Origin: an uncultured Acidobacteriaceae bacterium
Lineage (GTDB): Bacteria; Acidobacteriota; Terriglobia; Terriglobales; Acidobacteriaceae
Direction of reading: 5' to 3'
Length of the DNA stretch: 64,000 bases
Assembly (NCBI GenBank): GCA_963708755.1
Contig: CAVPTN010000012.1
Coordinates: 171,596 to 235,595 of the forward strand
Shown here piece by piece: positions 29,032 to 39,361 of the stretch. A program made the translations under genes and the position numbers. Position 1 is the first letter of the stretch, and every line of letters begins with the position of its first letter. The notes beneath the pieces were generated by a model. It saw only the letters and a list, made by a program, of their open reading frames with translations. It had not been told where the DNA came from and ran no database searches.

Positions 29032-29101
29032 TTGACATTCGTTTCCTAAGTCTCGTAGATTCCCGTTCGCGTCACTAATTCGCTCAATTTGGTCTAACCA
29101 A
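29032..29101 (+). promoter_or_regulatory. Sigma70 promoter and GntR/FadR-type operator for the TBDR operon
   Basis: TTGACA(29032)-N18-TAGATT; TTGGT-CTA-ACCAA palindrome at 29089-29101. Confidence 0.6.
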
Positions 29102-29156
29102 TGATGGCTGAATGCCAGATGCGGCAAAAAAACTGAAATTACTTCAGGGAGTTGTA

Positions 29157-32100
29157 ATGCGAAGGAAAAACCTGTTCGGCAAGAAGCTATCAATCGGCGA
29201 CGGAAATCTCCGAAACGGCGGAATGACAGCGTTGCTGTTGGCTACAACTGTGAACCTAATCTTGTTTTCTGCCTCGACACTAGCCCAGACTGGTGGCCAA
29301 GGGGCAATACAGGGAACAGTGACAGATGCGTCTGGCGCGGTCGTACCAAATGCCAAGGTCACTGCTACGAATCAGGACAGTGGTGTTGCGACAGTTCGTC
29401 CGACGTCGTCCGCTGGCCTGTTCGAAATTAATCCAATCATCCCGGGCACGTATACCGTGACAGCCACGGCAAAGGGTTTTCAGACCTTCAAGCAACAGAA
29501 TCTCGTCGTTGATGCGTTGAAGGTAACTGGTCTGAACATTTCGCTTGAGATCGGTGGGCAAGATCAGACGATCACGGTGACCGAGGCTCCACCAGCGTTG
29601 AACACCACCAGCGCAACGTTAGGTGGCGTAATCGAGAACTCCACCTACACGAACCTGCCGTTGCAAATGAATGGACAGCAGCGTGATCCAACAGCATTTG
29701 CGACCCTGCTTCCCGGCGTGCAGGCCCAAGGGAGTGCACGTGCGCCGATCGTTGGAGGAACAGGGAACTACATTGCGGAGGTCTACGTAGACGGACTACC
29801 AACCACCACGGCCAATCAACAGGGAGACAACCGTGTCGTCTCGAACTCCATTCCCGTGGAGGCGATCGATCAGTTTCAGGTGTTAACCAGCATTCCGGGA
29901 GCGGAGTATCAAGGCGCTGGTGCATTAAACTTCACCATCAAATCTGGCGGCAACCAATACCACGGTACGGCGGCGGATTTCGTACGTAACACTATCTTCG
30001 ATACATGGGGTTTCAGTGCACCTGCACTGACTCAGCAGGATGCCAACGGAAATACCATTCCCGCCAAGAAACCTGTCGAGCATCAGAATGAGCTTGTCGG
30101 TGCAGTGGGCGGCCCCATCCCCTTTACCCACAAGAAGGGTTTCTTCTTTGCAACTTATGACAAATACCATGGGCGCAACGGCATCAATCCCAACAACCTG
30201 ACTGTTCCGACTACCTTGATGCGGGGCGGCGACTTCACTGAATTGTCGAGCACGACACCGATCATCTACGACCCTGCAACAAACTCTTGCACAACCTCGG
30301 GTTGTACACGGCAGCCTTTTATGGGAATGAAGAACGGCATTCCGACACTCAACGTAATGCCTGCTAGTCGGTTATCGCCGATCACACAGTATATGCAGAA
30401 ATTTTTGCCAGCTCCAACCAATAGCGGAGTTGTAGGTAACTACCTTGGCGGCGTTCCGTCGGGATTTGATAACTGGGAGTTTCTTAGCAAGGTTGACTAC
30501 GATATAACTTCAGCGCAGCGCGTCTCGGTGGTGTTGACCCTCGGGAGCCGCACGAATGTTCCGTTTACGGTCGGAACCAACGTCCCTGCACCGGCATCGA
30601 CACCAGGTGTTGTATTTCCTCTTCCTTATACTGCTGGTGGATATGCAACAATTAAGCCGACCATCATCGACTTTGAGCACTCCATCGTTATCAAGCCGAA
30701 CCTTGTAAATCAATTCAAGTTCGGATTCACACGGTTTTCGCAACCTATTAATTCGCTCACGGATGGAGCTGCTCCTTATCGCGCAGCCGCCGATATTGGC
30801 ATCACTAACCTGCCTCCAGGTCAGGCGTCCGACGAGTTCCCCGGCGTTACCTTCAACTCCAGCACCGCGTTTCCAAACGTTCAAAACCCTTGGACTTCAA
30901 ACGGTGCTTCCGGAGCGACTCAAACCACCGTCCCGAATGCATTTACGCTGGTTGACAATCTTCAGTGGATCAAAGGGAAGCATTCCTTCACGTTTGGCAT
31001 CCAGATGCAGTGGCTCCAGGACAATGTATCCGCTCAGCTAGGGCCGTCTGGCATTTTCACAACAGTATTTAGTCCGAACGACACCGCAAATTACAGCGGA
31101 ACCTCTATTAGCAGCACTAAGACTGGCTATTCTTATGCCAGCTATCTTCTTGGTGCAATCAATAGCTCATCCACGACGATTCAAGCGTTCAGTGAAGAAG
31201 GGGGCCGGTATCGTCCCATATCCCCGTATTTTCAGGACGACTGGAAGGCGACCCAGAAATTAACACTGAATCTTGGCCTTCGATATGACTACTTCCCGCC
31301 CTACGAAGAGGTTCAGGATCGCTGGAGCTATCTCAATCCAAATGGAGCAAATCCCGCCACCGGCACTCCTGGCGTACTTGAGTTCGCTGGCAATCGTGGT
31401 GCGAGCATCAGCTGTCAGTGCAGAACGCCAGTACATACCTACATGAAGAACTGGGGTCCGCGTCTCGGCTTCGCCTATTCCTATGACGACAAGACCGTGA
31501 TTCGTGGGGGGTATGCGCTAGTGTACTCGCGAGCAGGTGGTGTGGGTGGACGTGCGGGCGCAGGCACTGGCACGAGTCAGGCAGGGTTCACGGCTAATCT
31601 TGTACTGCCTTCAGCTCAAACGACAGGAGCAGCAGCAGGACCCTCCTATTATCTCGATAGCAGCAATACAGCATTTGGCGGGCCTGGATTCCAGTTGCCG
31701 GCACCAGTAACGCCGAGTGTTTCAAGCTTGACTATCGGTACAGGCAATTACGTTAACGGGTCGGGTGCTGTACAGGCCGCAGCGGCAGCACCCGGATACG
31801 CTGATCCCTATCTGTCGGGCCGCGCCCCGGAGGTTAATTTCTACAACTTCGGTATCCAGCGCGCCGTGACGAAGGACCTGACACTTACCGTGGACTATGT
31901 GGGCAGCAATGCACACTTCCTGTCTACGGGCTCCAACGCCCGAGGCCTATGGGCAGGGCAAATGAATCCAGTCTATTTAGCTGCGCTAGGTGCGTTACGC
32001 GCATCGGATGGCACAACTCCATTGCTGAGTGCTCCGGCTACACCAGCAAATATTGCGATTGCTGCAAATGCAATGTCAGGAATTGCAACCCCTTATCCAG

Positions 32101-33066
32101 GCTATGCAGCAGCGGCGGCCAAAACCTCCGCTGCATCCATCTTTCATATGTTGACTGCATTTCCACAGTATTCCGGAACGACCGACACGTGGGGAAACGT
32201 AGGCAATGTTAGTTACAACTCGCTCCAGATCACAGTCAATCAGCGTGAATGGAAAGGACTCAGCTATACACTTCAATTACACGTATTCGAAGAATCTCGG
32301 GGATGACAACACCTTCCGCACCGGCTTCGATACTCCTGCCGCCGCCACCTCAAATGGAGTTGGTTATCGTCAGGGACGCGCCGACCGATCCTACACAATA
32401 GTCGCAGCTCCGCAGAATCTTGCTGCCTACGGAGTTTATAAATTGCCGTTTGGTCAAAGCGGTTTTGGTGGTGACCATCTTCTGGTGCGTGCATTTGCGG
32501 GGGGGTGGCAACTGTCCAGTATCTTCACATATGGGTCTGGCGTGCCCTTGGCGGTCACCTATGCGGGATGCAACTCTCCCGGGCAGGGACAATGCATGCC
32601 GGATGTAAATCCTAATTTCAGCGGCTCAGCTCGTGTGAATCATGGCTGGGGCAAAGGGATTACGGCTGCCAAGCTGGGTGCAGCCCCTAGCAAGGGTGGC
32701 ATCCAGTACATCAACCTCAATGCTTTCTCTGTACCGAATAACTACGGGACCACCGCACCGGGGCAAACTGCCATCACTAAGATCGGTGATGCTCCGCGCA
32801 CCGCGCCGTATCAACTATGGAACCCGAGCACTTACGAGCTCGACGCAAGCCTGCGGCGCACCTTCAATATCACGCAGGAGCGCGTGAAGTTCATCTTTGA
32901 GGTGGACTGCTTGAATGTGCCCAATAAGGTAACGTTCGGCGGAATTTCTACCGCGTGGGTCGACCCGACCGCGAGCCCAACGGCAGCGGCCGCTTCAAAC
33001 TTCGGCACGGTGGGTTCGGCCAAGGGAAATCGCGACTTCCAGTTGGTAGGTCGCGTGAACTTCTAA
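29157..33066 (+). CDS. TonB-dependent receptor with N-terminal carboxypeptidase-regulatory-like domain (Oar-like), frameshift near 32270
   Basis: IQGTVTDASGAVVPNAKV, KSGGNQYHG, YFQDDWKAT.KLTLNLGLRYD, PRLGFAY, YNSLQ, NYTYSK; terminal RVNF. Confidence 0.92.
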
Positions 33067-33084
33067 CTCTGACGTGCTCTTTTG

Positions 33085-33124
33085 AAGCGGACAGATTGCG
33101 ATTTCGGCATCTGTCCGCTTTTCT
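33085..33124 (+). terminator. Hairpin after the TBDR (terminator/mRNA stabiliser)
   Basis: AAGCGGACAGAT...ATCTGTCCGCTT followed by TTCT. Confidence 0.7.
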
Positions 33125-33156
33125 CTCTTAAGTTCAGCTTATTAAGGAGCCTAAAA

Positions 33157-34395
33157 ATGGTTCGTTTTCTGACTAAGCCCAGTATTGTGGCACTAGCTAT
33201 CCCGCTGGTTGTCTTGCAAGGCGTCGCGCAACAAGGAGTGTCGATTGACCACGCAACTCCGCAGCAATTGGCAGGAATTTCGAAAGACAATTCGCGGCAT
33301 TTTGGCGACGATCCAGACGACGGCGGTCCGATCGCGAAGGACTTATCTCCCTCTCTCGATCCATCTTCTGTAGGCGTGGCGATGCGCAAGGTTGCGGACT
33401 GGCAACTTGCTCGCTCGCAACCGTACTTCGATCGTATATGGACTTGGAGTGTACTTTACAGTGGCTTTATGGCCGCCTCCGATTCGCTGGGCGATGCGAA
33501 GTATCGCGATGCTATGGAGGAGATGGGAAAAAAATTTGACTGGCAGCTTCGCTCCGATCTACCGGACGCGGACGACCAGAGCGTCGGGCAGACTTACCTC
33601 GAGCTTTATTTGCTAAAGAAAAATCCTGCGATGATCACACCGACGCGTACAGAACTAGATGCACTGTTGGAAGCTCCCCACGTATCGAAGAAGGCGGGGA
33701 AGGGTATTCCGTGGTGGTGGTGCGATGCGTTGTTTATGGCGCCTCCGGTATGGGCCAGAATGTACGCCGCGACCGGCGATCGGAGGTACCTTGCGTACCT
33801 CGACGAGGAGTGGGCAAAAACCTCAGAACGTCTCTACGACAAGCAAGAGCATCTCTATGCTCGAGACGCTGATTACTTAACTAGAGCCGAAGGGAATGGC
33901 AAAAAGATGTTTTGGTCGCGAGGCAATGGGTGGGTGATGGGCGGTCTCGTACGGACGCTGCAATATCTGCCGCAGGACGACCCAGCACGAGTGAAGTACG
34001 TAAGACAGTTGAAGGAGATGGCAGAACGAGTGACTTCGCTTCAAGGATCGGACGGACTTTGGCGGGCCGGATTGCTCGATCCAGGCAACTACTCTCAACC
34101 CGAGGTGTCAGGATCGGCATTGTTTACCTACGCGCTGGCTTGGGGTATTAATCAAGGTGTTTTGGACGCTAAGACGTACCGGCCCGTCGTTGAAAAAGCT
34201 TGGGCGGGCATGGTTGGCCACATCTATTCGGATGGCCGTCTGGGCTGTATCCAGCAAACAGGGGCAGAGCCAGCTCCGTTCAAAGCGACTGCAAGCTATA
34301 CCTATGGCGTGGGCGCGTTTCTCTTGGCTGGCAGCGAGATCCGCCGCATGGGGGATGCTCCATTTGGCACCGGGAAGAAGGGCAAGCGGAGATAG
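33157..34395 (+). CDS. GH105 (GH88/105) unsaturated glycuronyl hydrolase
   Basis: ADD..VGQ.YL, WWWCDALFMAPP, FWSRGNGWV, E.SGSA.F.Y, YGVGAFLLAG; signal peptide. Confidence 0.9.
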   Translation: MVRFLTKPSIVALAIPLVVLQGVAQQGVSIDHATPQQLAGISKDNSRHFGDDPDDGGPIAKDLSPSLDPSSVGVAMRKVADWQLARSQPYFDRIWTWSVLYSGFMAASDSLGDAKYRDAMEEMGKKFDWQLRSDLPDADDQSVGQTYLELYLLKKNPAMITPTRTELDALLEAPHVSKKAGKGIPWWWCDALFMAPPVWARMYAATGDRRYLAYLDEEWAKTSERLYDKQEHLYARDADYLTRAEGNGKKMFWSRGNGWVMGGLVRTLQYLPQDDPARVKYVRQLKEMAERVTSLQGSDGLWRAGLLDPGNYSQPEVSGSALFTYALAWGINQGVLDAKTYRPVVEKAWAGMVGHIYSDGRLGCIQQTGAEPAPFKATASYTYGVGAFLLAGSEIRRMGDAPFGTGKKGKRR

Positions 34396-34451
34396 GGACT
34401 GTGGCGTTGTAGGATAGTCCTGTCTTGTAATTTAAATAACTGGTGTCGTGA

Positions 34452-35624
34452 ATGAAGGTGGAGAAAGAGCGGGCGCTGCATGAGCATCGGCTACGCTTTG
34501 GGCACGAAGGACGTCTCTATTCTGCTCCTGCGCGGGTAAATCTGATCGGAGAGCACACGGACTATACGGGCGGCTTGGTTATGCCGATGGCGATCGACTT
34601 TAAAACCGTTGCTGTGGTCAGCGGACGGCAGGATGGACTCGCTGTTTTTTACTCAGCTAACTATGAAGAAGAGGTTTCGTTCGAGATTGCTTCTTTAGCG
34701 CGGGCCGCTACGGGCCAGTGGAGCGATTATCCTGCCGGGGTATTGTGGTCTCTGCTTGAGGCTGGAATTTCGATGGCGGGCTGTAACGTGAGTCTGATGG
34801 GCGACGTACCGTTGGGAGCCGGACTAAGTTCGTCTGCTTCGATAGAAGTTGCCACCGCCATGGCGTTGCTGGGCCACTCCAGGGTCGAGTTGCCGCTTGA
34901 GAAGGTTGCAACCCTATGCCGACGAGCAGAAAACGAGTATGTCGGCGCGAAAAGTGGCATTATGGACCAGTTTGTCGTTGCTGGCGCGGTGGCGCATCGT
35001 GCTATGTTGTTGGACTGTCGATCACTTGCATTCGAACTGCTGCCATTGCCAGACCAGGTACGGGTCGTCATCTGCAATTCGATGGTGAAGCATGCCGTAG
35101 CAACAGGGGAGTACGGAAATCGACGCGACGAAGTGGAAGCAGGGCAGGATATCTTGCGGCGTGAGCGACCTGGAATCGAGTTACTACGGGACGCGACGCT
35201 TGAAGATCTCGAAGTTTGTAGAGGAAAAATGACTGCGGAAAGTTTTGCGCGATGCAGGCACATAATCACCGAAAACGAACGCGTTCTCGATGCTAGGAAA
35301 GCTCTCCTGGATGATGATATGAGGAAATTTGGAGAACTGATGGTCCTCGCTCACGAGAGTATGAGAGATGATTTTGCGGCGAGTTGCGCTGAGGTTGATG
35401 GACTTGTCAACATTGCAATGCAGCAGGCTGACTGTTTCGGGGCGCGAATCACTGGTGGCGGATTTGGTGGGTGCACGGTGAATGTGGTGCGAGCGGATGG
35501 CGCTGAAAGATTTGTTGAGACGCTGAAACGGGAGTACCTGGCGAGCACAGGAATTCTGGCGGAATGTTTTGTATGTGCTCCTTCAGATGGGGCGCTCGAG
35601 CTTGCTAAAGGCGGTACCCAATGA
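34452..35624 (+). CDS. galK: Galactokinase
   Basis: APARVNLIGEHTDY, PLGAGLSSSA, GIMDQ, GARITGGGFGG. Confidence 0.96.
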   Translation: MKVEKERALHEHRLRFGHEGRLYSAPARVNLIGEHTDYTGGLVMPMAIDFKTVAVVSGRQDGLAVFYSANYEEEVSFEIASLARAATGQWSDYPAGVLWSLLEAGISMAGCNVSLMGDVPLGAGLSSSASIEVATAMALLGHSRVELPLEKVATLCRRAENEYVGAKSGIMDQFVVAGAVAHRAMLLDCRSLAFELLPLPDQVRVVICNSMVKHAVATGEYGNRRDEVEAGQDILRRERPGIELLRDATLEDLEVCRGKMTAESFARCRHIITENERVLDARKALLDDDMRKFGELMVLAHESMRDDFAASCAEVDGLVNIAMQQADCFGARITGGGFGGCTVNVVRADGAERFVETLKREYLASTGILAECFVCAPSDGALELAKGGTQ

Positions 35625-36667
35625 ATCCGTTGGCTCAACAAAACCCTCATCGCCGGTTTAATCCTCTAAAGCGTGAATGGGTGCTGGTCTCTCCGAACCG
35701 CACGCAGCGGCCTTGGCAAGGGCAGACTGAGACTAAAGCTGCAGAGGTTGCTCTGACGTACGATCCTCACTGTTACCTCTGTCCCGGAAATATTCGTGCA
35801 GGTGGCGTCCGGACAGACAAGTACACGAGCACTTACGTTTTTCAGAATGACTTCGCGGCCCTCAAATTAGACTCTCCTCATTTTTCAAGTGATGAGGATA
35901 ATAAGGGATTGCTAGTGGCAAAGGGTGAGAGTGGGATCTGTCGCGTGATCTGCTTCTCCCCGCGCCACGATCTCACTTTAGCGAAGATGTCGGTGGCGGA
36001 CATTCGTGTGGTAGTAGACCTGTGGGCACAACAATACCAGGAGCTTGGCGCGCGGGATGACATCTCCTACGTACAAATATTTGAAAATCGTGGGGCAATG
36101 ATGGGGGCTAGCAATCCGCATCCGCATGGACAACTATGGGCCAGTCGGTCGATTCCGAATGAGGTCGTAGCGGAACTGGCTGGCCAACGAGAATATCTTG
36201 CCGGCAGCCGTTCCGTTTTGTTGTGCGAGTATCAAAAAATGGAAGAGTCGCTCGGCGAACGTGTTGTTACGAAAAACGCGAGTTTCCTCGCAGTCGTTCC
36301 GTTCTGGGCGGTTTGGCCCTTCGAAGTGATGATTCTCCCGAGGCGTCATGTCACCGAACTCCAAGCTTTGACGGAAGCGGAGAGGACGGATTTCGCCGCA
36401 ATCTTACAAGCGGTTACTTCGACCTATGACGAGGTGTTCGATACTCCGTTTCCTTATTCGATGGGACTCCACCCTGCACCATGCGACGGTAAAGAGCATC
36501 CTGAGTGGCAATTTCATGCTCATTTTTATCCTCCACTTCTGCGATCCGCCAGCATTCGCAAGTTTATGGTCGGATATGAGTTGCTTGGATCGCCTCAAAG
36601 GGATATCACCCCTGAGTCCGCGGCTGAGACACTGCGACAAGCGAGTTCGCGGGTTTCGAAAGCTTAA
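35621..36667 (+). CDS. galT: Galactose-1-phosphate uridylyltransferase
   Basis: HRRFNPL..EWVLVSP.R..RPWQG, CYLCPGN, FENRG.MMG.SNPHPHGQ, RKFMVGYE. Confidence 0.96.
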   Translation: MNPLAQQNPHRRFNPLKREWVLVSPNRTQRPWQGQTETKAAEVALTYDPHCYLCPGNIRAGGVRTDKYTSTYVFQNDFAALKLDSPHFSSDEDNKGLLVAKGESGICRVICFSPRHDLTLAKMSVADIRVVVDLWAQQYQELGARDDISYVQIFENRGAMMGASNPHPHGQLWASRSIPNEVVAELAGQREYLAGSRSVLLCEYQKMEESLGERVVTKNASFLAVVPFWAVWPFEVMILPRRHVTELQALTEAERTDFAAILQAVTSTYDEVFDTPFPYSMGLHPAPCDGKEHPEWQFHAHFYPPLLRSASIRKFMVGYELLGSPQRDITPESAAETLRQASSRVSKA

Positions 36668-36716
36668 AGTTTCGGAGGGGCAACGGACAACCGCATCATC
36701 CAGACTTCGCCATCCA

Positions 36717-36752
36717 TTAATCGAGTGTCGATCCGGATCGACACTCGATTAA
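36717..36752. repeat. Perfect 36-bp palindrome between convergent genes (probable bidirectional hairpin)
   Basis: TTAATCGAGTGTCGATCC|GGATCGACACTCGATTAA. Confidence 0.85.
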
Positions 36753-36798
36753 CTCGGCATATTCTCTTTGAGAGAAGCTGCAGACCTCTTCAAACGAG

Positions 36799-38763
36799 TT
36801 ACTTGGCGTGTAATTCGAGTACTTGGATGGAATAGGGCGGCATAGTATGGTTGAATTTTGCCCCGGCAATCTTGACTGCCGACTTCACGGGAACAACGCG
36901 TGTCGGAGCCGTTATCGTATTCGTCTTCGCAAGGGTATTGCCATCTAGCGTCACCAGAGTGGCATTCTTGTCGACACTGTTTACGCCCGTAACATCGATG
37001 TCGATGGATTGAGCAATGGAGGAAGCATTGACTAATTTCAGGTAAATTGCTTCTTTTGCGGAATCGCGCGTTACTGAGTAAAAGAAGCGTGGGCCTCCAC
37101 CCTGAACGGTTGACACCGGCACTTCAGTTCCAAGGAACTCCGCAAACATCGACTGCGCGTAGAAGCTGGGAGCTCCATAACTGCTCAGCGCGTCATAACC
37201 GATTAAATCCGATTCCCATTGCATCCCCCCTGGGTTTACGTTGACAAACATTGGTGCATACGAGGCCATGACGATCAAATCGCTGTTTCTCTCCATGCCC
37301 GTCATCCACGCTGCATCACCAAGAGCTGCGCCCATGTTCGTGGTCGGCGATCCCTCGCGTGTCGCCCACTCACCAACAAATATTTTAGGTCCGTTCCGGT
37401 CTACAGTGTCGTAGTGCTTCACATCTTCGAAGAACTCATCGGCGCGCTTGTAATAATGATCGTCGAGCACATCCGGTTTCATTCCTTTCAGGGGGGCAGT
37501 CGCAATTAGTTCAAGTTGCGGATATTTTGCCTTAATGGCTTTGTAGAACTGCGCGTAACGTCCTTCGTAGCTGCCTGAACGGTCAAACCAGTCCTCATTA
37601 CCAATCTCGACGTACTTGACGGGAAATGGCTCCGGATGGCCCAGTTTCGCTCGAACTGCTCCCCATTTTGTGGATGTGTCTCCGGTTGTGAACTCAATCT
37701 CATCCAAGGCATCTTCGACGAACGGTGTCAACGCGGGGCCGGGATGGATATGGTCACCTTTTAGGGAATATCCCGCGTAGACCGCAAGTACGGTCTGGAT
37801 CTTGAGGTCTTCAGTCCATTCCAGAAACTCCAATAAGCCCATTCCATCTGACGATTGATAGTTCCACGGACTTCGATGTGTCGGTCGATCGACAAGCGGA
37901 CCGATCGTATTCTTCCAGTCAAACCTTTCGTCGATCTGATCTCCCTCAAGGTAATTGCCGCCTGGTAGTCGCAAAAACTTTGGGTGCATAGCCGCCATCA
38001 TCTCCATCAGATCAGGGCGATTCCCATTGACGCGATCCTTGTATGTTGGGGGGAAGAGTGAAACCAGATCAATCCAAATCTTGCCCGCATGTCCTACTGT
38101 CAGAAGCAAATGATTCTCCGAGGACGTTGAGATGTTTCCTGTTGTTAGTGAGAACTCATAGCGTTTCCACTCCGTGGAAATTGCTGGCACCGTGGTGCTA
38201 GCCACTGTTTTGCCGGTGTTGTCGTTTACCAGTGCAATACTCAACGGTCCTAGTTCGGAAGAATCCACCTTCGCGTAGAGCGAGCCCTTGTAATTTGTAT
38301 TTGGACGTAAAGCCATGCCCCAATAGCCTTCGTTCCGCACGCCTGCCGGACTCCCTGAGTCTGCCTGCTTGATCTCAACTAATAGGCTGTGTGGCAATGC
38401 TGCGCTTGGCCCTTCCGTCTCGTCAACGGACATCTTTGCATCCGAAGTCCCCATGTGTTCGATGTTCCAGTGAGCTACTCCTCCAAAGCCCCGATCCTGA
38501 AACGTGCGATTTCGCACCATCTCTGCGTACAATCCGCCGTCGTAAGAGTAGTTAATCTCTTCGGTCATTAAGCCATAAAGCGTGGGACTAACCGGATGAG
38601 CGGGATGGTCGATCTGAATATTGAGCGTTGCCGTTGCCTGCTGCGCACCACAAGACACTGTCATGAAAGCGCCCGTAAGCAAAAGCAGCCCAATATTGTG
38701 GGAGGTACGCTTTAGATGACCTATTTTTGAACTCATCGTTTTCGAAGCAACATTCATTGTCAA
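36799..38763 (-). CDS. GH51 alpha-L-arabinofuranosidase with CBM4/9-like domain, secreted
   Basis: EEINYSYDGGLYAE, FLRLPGGNY.EG, VEIGNED, DDHYY, FVGEWA, MERNSD.I.MASYAP. Confidence 0.93.
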   Translation of the reverse strand: MTMNVASKTMSSKIGHLKRTSHNIGLLLLTGAFMTVSCGAQQATATLNIQIDHPAHPVSPTLYGLMTEEINYSYDGGLYAEMVRNRTFQDRGFGGVAHWNIEHMGTSDAKMSVDETEGPSAALPHSLLVEIKQADSGSPAGVRNEGYWGMALRPNTNYKGSLYAKVDSSELGPLSIALVNDNTGKTVASTTVPAISTEWKRYEFSLTTGNISTSSENHLLLTVGHAGKIWIDLVSLFPPTYKDRVNGNRPDLMEMMAAMHPKFLRLPGGNYLEGDQIDERFDWKNTIGPLVDRPTHRSPWNYQSSDGMGLLEFLEWTEDLKIQTVLAVYAGYSLKGDHIHPGPALTPFVEDALDEIEFTTGDTSTKWGAVRAKLGHPEPFPVKYVEIGNEDWFDRSGSYEGRYAQFYKAIKAKYPQLELIATAPLKGMKPDVLDDHYYKRADEFFEDVKHYDTVDRNGPKIFVGEWATREGSPTTNMGAALGDAAWMTGMERNSDLIVMASYAPMFVNVNPGGMQWESDLIGYDALSSYGAPSFYAQSMFAEFLGTEVPVSTVQGGGPRFFYSVTRDSAKEAIYLKLVNASSIAQSIDIDVTGVNSVDKNATLVTLDGNTLAKTNTITAPTRVVPVKSAVKIAGAKFNHTMPPYSIQVLELHAK

Positions 38764-38793
38764 GACTCTCCGTAGTTACATCGGAACAATTTG

Positions 38794-38807
38794 TGAAAAC
38801 GCTTACT
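38794..38807. promoter_or_regulatory. LacI-family operator upstream of the GH51 gene
   Basis: TGAAAACGCTTACT. Confidence 0.6.
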
Positions 38808-39117
38808 ATCTCTAGAGTGCCAAGTGCTGTGTATCACTGCACCACATGCATTTCACAGCGTCGGTTTGCGAAGGAATTGTGCTGAACCTCACCACGAAGC
38901 GAGGTCAGTGAGGGTTGGCCACAATGAAAAGAATATGAAAGTTATCAACGAAAAAGCAACATACTCGACTTGAACTATCATCGTCAAGAAACATCTTCAG
39001 TGGCTTCTAAAGTTCCACAACGCCTGGATTCGGAGTGGACCGTTTGCCCGCGAGAGATTCGGGGTCTACCGCAACAAGCCTTTTTTGCACAGCTTACTGC
39101 AGTGGCGGCTGTAAGAT

Positions 39118-39160
39118 TTGACAGGTGCTCAACCTCCCGAGTATTGTGAAAACGTTTTCC
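39118..39160 (+). promoter_or_regulatory. araB promoter and LacI-family operator
   Basis: TTGACA-N18-TATTGT immediately followed by TGAAAACGTTTTCC. Confidence 0.7.
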
Positions 39161-39361
39161 ATATTAGCGCTGCAATCTGCGGGTTGTTAAGCCCCATTAG
39201 CTCATGGGTTTCTTACCAAATCGGAAAGGGTGTTTGTGCGCTACTTAGTAGTTTTTCCGGTGCGGCGGCCTCGTGTATGAAGTCCCGAGGAGATATCTTC
39301 GTGGAGCAGACATATCTTTGCTCATGGCAGAGGTTGGAAGAGATTCCTGGAGGGATAGATT

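Noticed and set aside
38764-39361. oriC candidate: one perfect TTWTNCACA (39083) and several near-matches
   Set aside because: Two near-matches are the LacI operators, there is no clear unwinding element or replication gene, and the skew seems to have switched before 34 kb. Unsupported without a whole-genome analysis.
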